From positions 265,980,001 to 266,044,000 of the forward strand of contig OZ024740.1 of assembly GCA_964016885.1 (NCBI GenBank): a DNA stretch of 64,000 nucleotides, given 5' to 3'. The notes beneath the pieces were generated by a model. It saw only the letters and a list, made by a program, of their open reading frames with translations. It was not told the DNA's origin and did no database searches. This document shows, in pieces, positions 1-11,200 of this stretch; position 1 is the stretch's first letter; each line of letters starts with the position of its first letter. Both the position numbers and the translations under genes were made by a program. This stretch comes from Eledone cirrhosa. Its lineage: Eukaryota.

Positions 1-97
1 CTATACGTTGTGACCCGAGGTCATTTAGAAGCATTGCTTGCTTCCAAGTTGAGCCCAGGCCACGCGCATTTAAACAGCCTGCTCTTAGCATAGCCAT
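1..97 (-). CDS. N-terminus of LINE ORF2 (APE endonuclease), partial
   Basis: Minus-strand translation MAMLRAGCLNARGLGSTWKQAMLLNDL matches the ORF2 starts at 6227 and 11868. Confidence 0.8.
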   Translation of the reverse strand, partial: MAMLRAGCLNARGLGSTWKQAMLLNDLGSQRI

Positions 98-218
98 GTT
101 GGTGGTGAAGAGAAAAGGCACTTACCTCTCTGCGTCCCGGGTATCGGGCTGCACAATTTCCATTAGGGTGGGGGATGGGTTGTTGGGTGGGGTGGTGGTT
201 TGTGGAAGTGTGGGGGCA

Positions 219-1913
219 TCAGTGTGTTGTGGTTGGGGAGCTTGGAGTTGTGTGGGTGTTTGGGGAGGGGGCGGGATAGTTTTTTAGGAGGACGCGGTTA
301 ATGGGCCCGACGCAGGGGGGACCCACGTCCTCTTTAAAATTGTTTTTTAAAGTTTTATAGGTGTCCTGTGGGGCCTTAATCATTTTGAGGTGGGGGAAAT
401 CCCCTGCCTGGGTGAAGTTAGGCCCTTGTGTTTTTATTAGATTGTTGTTGTACACAATGTTTAACAGTTTTTTGTTTCTTGTATTTATGTATGTGTATGC
501 ATGTTTTTGTTTTTGTGTGGTGTTTTTTGTTTGCTGTTGTTGTGAGCTCTTTTGTGTTGGTGTCAGTGTTATGTTTTGGGGAGGGGTTTTTTTCATTTGT
601 GTGTCTGAGGTGTGTTTTCTTTTTTTTCTTTTGATTGTGTGGAAGTGCTCCTCCTCGTCTGACGACGAACTAGGGTCATCTTCCGCGTTGGAGGGGAGGG
701 GTATATTTTCGGGTTGTGTTTGCGGTACGGGTGTTTTGGAAATTGTTTTTGTTTTTTGAGTGGAGGGGATGGGTTGGACATTGTTTTGTTTTGGTTTGAG
801 CTGTGGTGGTTGTTTTTGTAGTGGTAGTTGTGGTGATTGTGTTGGTTGTGCAGTTGTTGGTGGTGTAGGCAGGATTGGGGTTTTCTTATTAAGTTGGGGA
901 CAGACAGCCCTCAGGTGACCTCTGGTTCCGCAGAGGTAACACGAGGGCCGTCTACCCTCAACGGTAATGTTGATGAAGGTTAGATCATCCAGTATGACGC
1001 GTTCAGGGATCTGGGCGATCCTTTCGGGCCTCATTTGAACTACAAGTTCGAGGCTCGTTCCACTGAACGCGTCACCCGATGCCTTTCCCATGGACACCAG
1101 CATGTCATCCTCCAGGTCCAGAAAACCTGTCAAAACCCACCATATGTCCATAATCGGCAGGATGGTGTGGATTTTTATTTTTTGTGTTCTTCTACCCATG
1201 TACGTAGGGTAGAAGGTGTATGCGGTGGATGTGATTGGTTTGATGGACAGTTTCACTGCTGTGTCCCTGTCCTTCATGAGAATGGATAGACTCCCGTAGA
1301 GTCTATCCTTCTGAATGAAGGTGATGTCCTTCATGACGTCTTTTAAAACCAGCTCTATCTCGCTCTGTGATGGTTGAGCTGGTTTTTTACTTTTGTTCGA
1401 GATTGTCCTAAACATGACCGTGTTTAGGAGTCTCTGGCTTTTTAGTTCCGGGGGGGAATGGATTGTGAATGAACCATTTTCCCCGTACACTATATATTTT
1501 TTCGCATCCGCCAGTAGCTCCTTCGCTTTTGTTATATCTACTGGCAGATAGTCGAGGGTTTTCCTTGTCGTCTCGGCGAAGGAGAAATTTTGTTTGTTTG
1601 TGTTGTTGTTGTCGTTGGTGGTGGTGTTGTTATCATTGTTGTTGTTGTCACCGTTATTGGTCTTGTTGTTGTTGTTATTGTTATTGTTATTGGTGTTGTT
1701 TTCGTCCGTCGCATTGTTGTTGTTGTTGCTGTTGCTGCTGGTTCTTTGGGTTGTTGCCATGGCAACGTCAAGTTGTCGGTTAACAGGTGGAGAGAATTCT
1801 TCCTCTGGCTGACCTTTCTTCTTGACCTCTGCTACTGTGACAGTGGCAGGGGGAAGCTGTAAGTTCATCTTCCCCTTTCCCCCTTCGAATTTTGGTGAAG
1901 AAGCTTCGGCCAT
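219..1913 (-). CDS. LINE ORF1 gag-like nucleic-acid-binding protein with CCHC zinc knuckle (564 aa, intact)
   Basis: CYLCGTRGHLRAVC (CX2CX4HX4C) knuckle, Asn-rich and Pro/Gln-rich tracts, basic KRKKRK stretch; lies upstream of ORF2. Confidence 0.85.
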   Translation of the reverse strand: MAEASSPKFEGGKGKMNLQLPPATVTVAEVKKKGQPEEEFSPPVNRQLDVAMATTQRTSSNSNNNNNATDENNTNNNNNNNNNKTNNGDNNNNDNNTTTNDNNNTNKQNFSFAETTRKTLDYLPVDITKAKELLADAKKYIVYGENGSFTIHSPPELKSQRLLNTVMFRTISNKSKKPAQPSQSEIELVLKDVMKDITFIQKDRLYGSLSILMKDRDTAVKLSIKPITSTAYTFYPTYMGRRTQKIKIHTILPIMDIWWVLTGFLDLEDDMLVSMGKASGDAFSGTSLELVVQMRPERIAQIPERVILDDLTFINITVEGRRPSCYLCGTRGHLRAVCPQLNKKTPILPTPPTTAQPTQSPQLPLQKQPPQLKPKQNNVQPIPSTQKTKTISKTPVPQTQPENIPLPSNAEDDPSSSSDEEEHFHTIKRKKRKHTSDTQMKKTPPQNITLTPTQKSSQQQQTKNTTQKQKHAYTYINTRNKKLLNIVYNNNLIKTQGPNFTQAGDFPHLKMIKAPQDTYKTLKNNFKEDVGPPCVGPINRVLLKNYPAPSPNTHTTPSSPTTTH

Positions 1914-2127
1914 TTAAAAAAATATTTACTTTTCAACAAGAAAAAACTTTTTTTTGTTTAACTATTTCGCCTAAAGGCGTAGAATATTTTGAGAGACTGA
2001 CCAGATCAAAGTTTGACCTGGCAGTCCCTCTACAAAATGGTACAAAAATTAAAGTTATCAGACAAGAATTTCTATAGAAATTTAAACAGAACTTACTCAG
2101 CAAGTTTTACGCGTGTGTCCAGCCAGA

Positions 2128-2128
2128 G

Positions 2129-2159
<31 letters not shown>

Positions 2160-2180
2160 GATAAATAGATAGATAGATAT
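2128..2180. repeat. (GATA)n microsatellite at Tx1 junction
   Basis: Direct reading; similar tracts at 2566-2598, 7889-7932, 8191-8209 and 14043-14127. Confidence 0.95.
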
Positions 2181-2565
2181 GTTTCTTTATTAGCCACAGC
2201 GGCACAAAAGAAGGGGATAAATACAAAGGGGGAAGTTTACATACAATAAAAACGTATAAAATACTATCACAAATGCAATTTAAAAATTAATCGATTTTCC
2301 CCAATAGGGGGAGACAATACATATGGGTAACACATACCCCCGGAAAAATGTGCAACCCTCATCTCCAGGAGTACGAAGAATGAGTACCCCTTTCCTCTCT
2401 TCCTCTTTTTCCTCAACCTACAGGCTGATATAGAGAGAAGGCCCATTCACTCGGGCCATTCTCGCCACTTTCACCCACCTTTCATAAAACTTGCTGGGGT
2501 ACAGCACCTCTCTCTCCATCCTGATTCTTCTTCCAAAGTGGTATTTGAAAAAAAGAATCAGTTGA
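2181..2565 (-). mobile_element. 5'-truncated Tx1 3'-end fragment (ORF2 C-terminus plus 3' UTR)
   Basis: Encodes ...FFKYHFGRRIRMEREVLYPSKFYERWVKVARMARVNGPSLYISL*; AATAAA signal followed by a (TATC)n tail. Confidence 0.85.
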
Positions 2566-2599
2566 GATAGATAGATAGATAGCTAGATAGATAGATATA

Positions 2600-5500
2600 T
2601 TTCTTTATTAGCCATAAGGGCGCACAAGAAAAGGGGACAATACAAAGACATGCCGGGGATTTTACATACAGTCGTGTAAAAAATATAAAAACAAACAATT
2701 GCAACAATCGAAATCCCCAATAGGGGGGAGGCGCCACAAATGCGTTGTTTAATACCCCGTCGATAGAACAACCCTCAACTCCAGGAGCGTGTTGTGCAAG
2801 TGCTCTTTTCTTCCTTTTGCTCTCTTCCTTAACCTACAGGCTTATAAAGAGAGAAGGCCCAATCACTCGAGCCATTTTCGCTTCATTCGCCCATCTTTCA
2901 GTAAATTTACTGGGGTGCAGTGCCTCTCTCTCCACCCCGATTCCTCTTCTAAAGTGATACTTAAAGAAGGGAATCAATTGTTGTCCGGAGAGAAAGGCAT
3001 CTGTCCTCAGTCCTCTCAACCTCGTCCACCATATAACTTCTTTCACCATAGCCACCGTACAGGGGAAAACCACCTCTCTTTCGTTTTTGAAAGAGGCTGG
3101 CGGTTTGATCCTTACTATGGACTCGGCAGTCAACTGGATTTGTCCCATACGCGACAGCAGTTGTTCTGCATAGTTACACAGGTCGGTTACGCCCGGGCAG
3201 TGTACAATTGCGTGCAGGACTGTTTCAATGCCTGCGCGCATCTTGGACAACTCTTCTTGGAAGGATCCCTGCCGGGGCGTCCGTGCCTGTAGATATTGTC
3301 ACGAAACGGTAGAGCTCCTCGGTAGCACTACCAAGCCAGGGACATCTGGAAGTTGTCCATAGGTCCCGGGCGGAAAGTCCTACCAAACAGACTGGAGAGC
3401 TCATCGTCTTCGACGCCCAGAGTCTCTCCGAGCACGTCGTCGCCCTTGTAACGTAAATCCCTCTATAGAATGTCGAAGTGGAGTCTCCACTGATTGCTGC
3501 GCCCGCTTGCCTGAGGACTGTAGCGCCTAAGCGCATTCAATGTGCCAGGCGCCCATCGTTTTCGGTCTTTTCTTGACCCAGGACTGCAGCTCCGTCAGCG
3601 AGACGAGCTGTGGGAAAGCCTGTCTCACAAACGGTGCCCACACCGGTTGGGGGTCCGTGAGGAATACCTGGAGATACCGCAGCCTCAGCGCATGTTTGCG
3701 CATAATCAGCCACGGCATTCCCAGCCCTCCGTTGGAAGGGTGCTGACAGCAGACGGGTCTCCTCACCAGCGGAGCCTGCTACTCCCACAGAAACTGGAAG
3801 AGCATGCGTTCCATCTTGGCGAGGTGTTCACGGGGACAAGGTGCGACAGTCAAGCGGTAGTAGATGACGGACGCTATGAAAGTGTTCGCCACCTCAGCTC
3901 GTCCTTTCAAGGACAGTTTGCACTCTGCCCACTTCTGGGAGAGTGCAAACACCTAGACTGTGACCTCGTTCCAGTTTTTCTCCACCTGGAGGTCTGGACC
4001 GAACCAGACCCCGAGCAATTTCACCGTTCCTCCGTCCAGCGTCCAACGACGCTGTCGGACGTCATCGGTTTGCCTCTCCACGTACCGAGTTGCAAACCGA
4101 CAGACTTGTCCGGGTTTATTTTTGCTCCCGTCAGCGTTTCGTATTCTTTCAGTAAGTTGCCGATCACCCCGATTTCCGAGGTGCTCGACACCATTACCGT
4201 CACGTCGTCGGCATAAGCCGACGCCGCTTTGCGCAGTCCCGGTTCTAGAGGGATGCCCTGCAACAGCTCCAATTTCCGCAGTAGTGGCTCTAGAGTCAAT
4301 ACATACAGAAGGGAGGAGAGAGGGCACCCCTGTCGAATGGAACGAGTGATTGCGAACGGCTCCGATAGGTAGCCGTTCACCTTGACCCTCGAGCAGATGC
4401 TGGTGTGCATCGCCTCGATCCATCCTCTGAACACGGGACCGAAACCGGCCGCCTTGAGAACCGCTTCCAAGTATCGATGGTCGACCCTATCGAATGCCTT
4501 AGACTGATCCAAGTTGATCAGATCCCCACCGAAGCCGGGTTTACTACCCACCCTCTCTATGATGTATCGCATGAGGTGGAGGTTGTCGTGTATGGACCTG
4601 GTCGGGATTGCACACGTTTGCGCTTTCCCTACCAGGTTCTCGACGACAAGCGCCAACCTCGTCGCTAGCACCTTGGCCAAAATCTTTAACTCTGTGTTGA
4701 GCAGAGTTATGGGCCTGAAGTTGTTAATTTCGTCCCCCTTGTTCTCGTCTTTCCTGATCAGCGCTACTACGCCCTTGCCTGCAGAACTAGGAATTCTCCC
4801 TTTCTGCTGCCAATTGACGGCTTCGACGACGCCAGAGAACAAGTCCGGCATGCCTATGTAAAACTCGTAGGGTAGACCATCTAGACCGGGTGACTTGCGT
4901 TTCCCGCAGCGGCCCAGAGCGCTCCGTATCTCAGTGTCCGTGATCGGTCTTTCGCAGAACTCGGCGTCCGTGTTCGAGAGACGCGGCAGGCCGTCGAGGT
5001 ATGAACTAAAGTCCACTGCCCCGTTCGGCTCACCGTCATTCTGCTCAAACAGTCGCGCAAACTGCCGCTGAAAGGCTGCGCACATTTGCTTGGGGTCAAT
5101 TGTGGACATGTTACCACTTTTTGCCTCCACCACTCGGGCCCAGCTGACAGCTTTCGCTCCTTCGTTTCCTAGAGCACGTGTTTTGCTTCTGGCGACGCAG
5201 CCTTCGTGTTTCGTATCGAAGAACTGGTCCAGTGCCGTTCTCGACGCTAACACTCTAGCCACGTTGCCACTTCTAAGTCCCTCCTCCAGCTTGGCTACTA
5301 GTTCTCTTTCTATTCTGTTTTTCTCTGAGGCTAACTCTCTGCTATACCCTATCGATTCTATTCTAATTGCTTTCTTGAGAGAGTACCATTGTTGACGATG
5401 GCTCCCGTTAACTGTTGCTTGACTAGTCTACTTATCCGTTCACTGTAAGCTTTACGTGCCGGCAACGACACGTTCAGCTTCCAGTATCCGGGACCCTATC

Positions 5501-7887
5501 TATGTATTCTATCACGGTTGACTAAGCAGACGACTAACTTGTGATCTGAATAGGCAACCATGTGCATTCGTGGACAGCTTAACATCTCCTTGTCCCTTTC
5601 TCTAATGAAGAACCTATCTAAATACGATCTAGATGTCCCACTGCGGTTTGCCCACGTCCACTGTGGTGCAGTCGGGAAATCCAGTCGATGCCTATCGGCC
5701 AGTTGGAATTGGCCGATTAAATTTTTGAGGCTGTTGCACCCCGCTCTACTGGGACATGCTCCCACATAGTCCCATCGTGCATCTAGGATACCATTCCAGT
5801 CCCCCACTAAAAGTAAGGAGCGAGACGTTCCCAGAAAAGACTCTAGACGCTAAAAGAAGTCTGGCCTTGATTGCGATTGCCCGGTCGAGGCATAAACGGC
5901 CACCAGTCTGAAGGCTCCACCTCCAATACTGTTCACGTCTAGGACTACCAGTCTACCCTCCGGGTCCAAGTGTACTTGCTGTACTTCGACGTCCAGGTTC
6001 TTCCGAAACATGACAGCCACTCCACCTCCACCTCCTGGCTGACAGAAAGTTGCGTAGATCTCAAAGGCGTCGAAGATGGGGGTTAGTTGCTGCCTGTTGT
6101 GGATCCTGGACTCGGTGATGGCTATCACATCCATACTGTGTGACGTAAGATCGTTAAAAAGTTGGCCCTGTTTCCAGGGCATCCCTAGGCCACGCACATT
6201 CACTGTTCCAACTCGTAAACTAGCCATGTTGGTGAAGAAAAGTTGGAGAAAAAGGACGAAAGGTGCACTTACCTTTTCGTTTCCAGGAGATCGGGTTGTT
6301 AAATCTCCATTTGGGTGGGGTGGGGAAACATTTTAACAGGACGCGGTTGATGGGTTTGTGGCAGGGGTTGCCCACGTCCTGTGAAAATTTATTTTTTAGG
6401 TCATTATAGGTTTCCATAGAAACCCTAATAAGTTTAAGGTGTGGAGACGATTCTGCTTTGACGAAAGTTTTACCCTCCGTCTCCACCTTGGGGTTTTGGG
6501 AGATGACCTCCATCAAACTCTTGTTGTTTGTGTTGATGTATGCGTATTGTTGTTTGTGTTTTTGTTGTGTTGTTTTAGTTTGTTGTTCGTCCGAGAGTTT
6601 TCTTTTTATGGTGTTTGGGGTGGTGTTGGTGCTGGTTTTGCTGATAGGGGGATGTTTGAGTGTGGTGTTATTTGTGTTGTTGTTTGTGTCTGTGGTTGTG
6701 TATTGGTGTTGGTGATTGGAGTTTTGGGGGTTTTGTGGTGTCTCTTTTTTTGTTTTTAGATTTCCGCGGTTCTCCCTCTTCTTCACTTAAAGAAGGCGCA
6801 GCAGCTTCATCCGTCGATGAATAATCATCGTCAGGTGTGGGGGGTAAGAGTATGTTGTGTGGTGGTGGTGTTTCGGTGTGTGTGTTTGTGGTAGTGTTTG
6901 ATGGAGTGGGATGGAGTGGGGCTGTGTTCTTCAGGGGCGTTTCTCTGTTTTTTCTGTTGTTGTTGGTTGAGTATCTGTTTGTTTTGGTGTGGTTGCTCGT
7001 TTCGTCTGTCGTTGTACTTGTGGTGGTGGTGGTTGTTTTGGTGTTGGTGTTGGTAATAGCGTTTTTTCGACATTTGCTAGAATTTCCTTGAAATTATCTT
7101 CTATATCTGCTTGGTTAACAAATGTCGGCTTTCTTGTGGAATTTGACACAGTCCTAAAAGTGACTGATCTGCGGATTGTGTCTTCCTTTATTTCAAGGGG
7201 CGAGTTAATTCTAAACCCACCTCTTTCTTCGAAAGTTACAAGTTTTCTCCCTTGCTGGAGCATATCTCTTGCTTTGGAGTAATCAAGATTTATAAAATCT
7301 TGTTTTTTGTTCACTGTTTCAGCGAAAGACATTTTCTTTTTTGTGTGGTGTTGCTGTTGTTGTTGTTATCGTTGTTGGAAATCTCAGTTCCTTGTCGAGG
7401 TGAAACATTATGTGTATATGTATCTGTAGTGTTGTTGATGTCTTTTTTATGTGTATGTTAATGGGTTTAATTCCTGTGTTTTCCTGTGTGTTATTGTTAT
7501 TTTTCTTCGCTTCGACGGTAGAAATTTTAAAATGTCCAAGTGTTAATATATTTTTCTCTTTGTTGACACTTGTATCTATGGTGACGTCCATAGAAGCAGA
7601 AGCAGATATAACGTTGATATCTAGCTCTTTCTCTCTCTTTTCTCTGTTAACGTTCTCCAGCGTTCTTGTGTTGCTCAAGTTATTTAGTTTGTAAAATCTG
7701 ATATTTTAAAACAAATTTTTAAAATAAAATGTTCGTCCCTACAGGTGCGAAAAATGGGATTACCACCCAGCTGACAATTCAGCTTCGGGGTTAATCTACA
7801 AAGTGTTATGTTTTTTCAAACAATTAGTTTGGTTTTTTGCATAGAAATTAACAAAAAAGCTTACCGGGGATGTTCCACGCGTCAAAC

Positions 7888-7888
<1 letters not shown>
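2600..7888 (-). mobile_element. Tx1/L1-clade LINE, copy 2, near full length, decayed
   Basis: ORF1 remnants ~6220-7680. ORF2 6227->2834 has APE (GTVNVRGL, ITESR, GDWN, LDRF, SDH), RT (KSPGLDGLP, FRPITLLN, DQSKAFDRV, RQGCPLS, AYADD) and a C-terminal Zn finger, with frameshifts and stops. GATA tracts on both sides. Confidence 0.92.
2834..6227 (-). pseudogene. Disrupted ORF2 (APE-RT-CCHC) of Tx1 copy 2
   Basis: ORF-track pieces 5850-6227, 5496-5807, 4021-5262, 3527-3766 and 2834-3250 form one frameshifted ORF2. Confidence 0.88.
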
Positions 7889-7932
<44 letters not shown>

Positions 7933-7934
7933 TA

Positions 7935-8190
7935 TTTCTTTATTAGCCACAGGGGCACAAAAGAAGGGGACAAATACAAAGGGGGAAGTTTACATACAAT
8001 AAAAACGTGTAAAATGTTATCACAGATGGAATTTAAAAGTTAGTCGATTTTCCCCAATAGAGGGAGACAGTTTATATGGGTAACACAGACCCCCGAAAAA
8101 AATGTGCAACCCTCATCTCCAGGAGTACGAAGAGATTGTACTCCTTTCCTCTCCTCCTCCTTTTCCTCAACCTACAGGCTGATATAGAGA
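7935..8190 (-). mobile_element. Second 5'-truncated Tx1 3'-UTR fragment, same subfamily as 2181-2565
   Basis: Highly similar to 2181-2436; flanked by GATA on both sides. Confidence 0.85.
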
Positions 8191-8209
8191 GATAGATAGA
8201 TAGATAGAT

Positions 8210-11200
8210 AACTTTCTATTTGCCAGCAGGGCATCAAAGATTGGGGCAAATAATAGGGGGGAGTTTACATACATTTCAAAGGACGTGTAAAAACATATAA
8301 CAAATAAAATTCAACAATCGTAGTCCTCAATAGGGAGAGGGCGTTGACGTGGCTCGCACACACCCACGAAAGAAATGTGCAACCCTCCTCCTCAGGAGCA
8401 CAAAGAGCGGGTGCTCCCTTCCTCTCCTCTTTCTTCTCCTCTCTCACCTATAGACTGATATAGAGAGAAGGCCCATTCACTCGGGCCATTCTCGCCACTT
8501 TCACCCACCTTTCATAAAACATGCTGGGGTAGAGCACCTCTCTCTCCATTCTGATCCTTCTTCTAAAATGGTACTTGAAAAAAGGACCAGTTGTTGGCCG
8601 GAGAGAAAAGTGTCTGACCGCAGCCCTTTCAACCTCGTCCACCATACAACCTCTTTCGCCATAGCTATCACACAGAGGAAAACCGCCTCTCCTTCGTTTT
8701 TGAAGGGGGGAGGGCGGTTTGATCGTGACAATGTACTCGGTGGTCAACCGAATTGGTCACACCCGCGACAGTAGTCGTTCCACATAGCCCCACAGGTCAG
8801 CAACGCCCAGGCAGTGTACGAATGCGTGCGCGACGGTTTACCTCGTCACGCACGCATCTCGGACAAATCTTCTTCGAGGGGTCCCTACCCGGGCGCCCGT
8901 GTCTGTAGAGCTTGTCCCGAACGGGTAGAGCTCCTCGGTAGCACTGCCAAGCCAGGAACTTTTGGAAGTTGTCCATCGGTCCCGGGCCAAACATCCTACC
9001 GAACAGACTGGCTGGCTCGTCTTCCTCCATGCCCAGAGCCTCGCCGAAAGCGTCGTCGCACTTGCTGCGCACCAATAGAATGTTGAGGTTGAGTCTCCAC
9101 TGATTGCCGGATGCGCTTGCCAGAGAGCTGTGAGCGGCTGGGCACATTCAATGTGCCAGTTGCCCATTTTTCTCGGTCTTTGCTTGACCCAGGATTGCAG
9201 CTCGGTGAGTGAGACGAGTCTCGGAAAGGCTCGCCCTACAAAAGGGGCCCACACAGGCTGACCGGTGAGGAGTACCTGGAGGAGCCGTAGCCTTAATGCG
9301 TGTCTACACATCGTCAGCCACGGCAACCCCAGCCCTCCGTTCGAAGGGTGTTGACAGCAGATGGATCTTCTCAGCAAAGGGGCCCGCTTCTTCCAAAGGA
9401 ATCGGAAGAGCGCGCGCTCCATTTTGGCGAGCGTTTTCGCTGGGCAAGGCACGACGGTCAAGCGGTAGTAGATGACGGAAGCTATATAAGTGTTTGCCAC
9501 CTCCGCTCGACCTTTTAGGGATAGTTTGCACTCGGCCCACTTCTGGGCGAGTGCAAACACCCTGCCCGTTACCTCGTCCCAGTTTTTCTCCACCTGGAGG
9601 TCCGGTCCGAACCAGACCCCGAGCAGCTTCACCGGTCCCTCCGTCCAGCGTCCGACGACGCCGTTGGAGGGCATCGGTTTGCCTCTCCACGTTCCGAGTT
9701 GCAAACCGACGGACTTGTCCCGGTTCAGTTTGGCTCATGTAAACCTTTCGTATTCCTCCAGTAAGGTGCCGATCTGCCCGATTACCGAGGCGCGTGACAC
9801 CATTACTGTCACGTCATCGGCGTAGGCCGACACCGCTTTCCGAAATCCCAGTTCCAAGGGGATTCCCTGCAACAGCTCCAACTTCCGCAGTAGTGGCTCA
9901 AGGGCCAGCACATACAGTAGGGAGGAGAGAGGGCATCACTGTCGGATGGATCGCGCGATTTGGAACGGCTCCGCGGCTCCGAGAGGTAACGATTCACCTT
10001 GAGCCTCGAGCAAGTGTTGCTGCTGTGTATTGCAGCAATCCAGCCCCTGAAAACGGGTCCGAAGCCTGCTGCCGCGAGCACCGCATCCAGGTACCGATGG
10101 TCGACCCTATCGAACGCCTTAGATTGATCCAAGTTGATCAGGGCCCCACCAAAGCCGGGTTCGTTTCCTACTCTCTCTACGATGTATCGCATGAGGCGGA
10201 GGTTGTCATGTATGGACCTGGACGGGATTGCGCATGTATGCGCTTCTCCCACCAGGTTCCCGACGACATGCGCCAACCTCTTCGCTAACACCCTGGCTAA
10301 AATCTTTAACTCTGTGTTTAGCAGAGTTATGGGCCTGAAGTTAGCTATGTCATCCTCCTTGTTCTCGTCCTTCCTCACCCGCGTGACTACACCCTTGGTC
10401 ACAGAAATGGGAATTCTCCCGTTCTGTTGCCAGTTGCAGTAGACCGCCTCGAGGAGATTGGAGAACAAGTCCGGCATCGCTACATAAAGTTCGTATGGTA
10501 GACCATCGAGACCGGGAGATTTGCGTTTGCCGCATTGTCTCAGCGCTTCCCCTATCTCAGCGGCTGAAATCAGCCTTTCGCAGAACTTTGCCTCCCCGTC
10601 CGAGAGCTGCGGCAGACCGTCGTGGTATGGACCGAAATCCATGGCCTCACCCGGCCCGCCTCCCCTCCCGAACAGTCGTACAAGGCGCCGTTGAAAGGCC
10701 GCTCAGGTTCATGGACCTTCATAGACCATCCTGTTCCTTCAAAGACCGAATCGTGGACTCGTTTCCACTTTTTGCCTCTGTCACTCGGGCCCAGCTAACA
10801 GCTTTGGCTCCCTCGTTACCCAGTGCACGTATTTTACTCCTGACAACGCAGCCCTCGTGCTTCGCGTCAAAGAACTGGTCTAAGGCCGTTCTTAACGCCA
10901 GCACACCGGCCCACGTTGCAACTCCTAATCGCCTCTTCTCCTCTATCTATCAATTCCCTTTCAGTTCTATTCCTATCTGATGCTAATTCCTGACTAAAAC
11001 CTATCGATTCTATTCTAATTTCTCTCTTGAGAGAGCCCCACCTCCTGCTGTTGACAATTGCCCCCGTCAACCGCTGCTTAACTAGGGTGCTAATCCGCTT
11101 ACTATAAACTTTGTTTGTCGGTAAGGAGAAGTTTAGCTTCCATTAACCGGGTCCTTGTCTATGGGTTCTATCAAGGTTTCCCACTCCGGTCACCAACTTG

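Larger units (their letters stand above)
1..2127 (-). mobile_element. Tx1/L1-clade non-LTR retrotransposon, copy 1 (5' UTR, ORF1, start of ORF2; runs off the left edge)
   Basis: Gag-like ORF1 219-1913, then an APE-type ORF2 start at 97 (MAMLRAGCLNARGLG). The 5' end abuts (GATA)n at ~2128. Homologous to copies 2 and 3. Confidence 0.9.
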
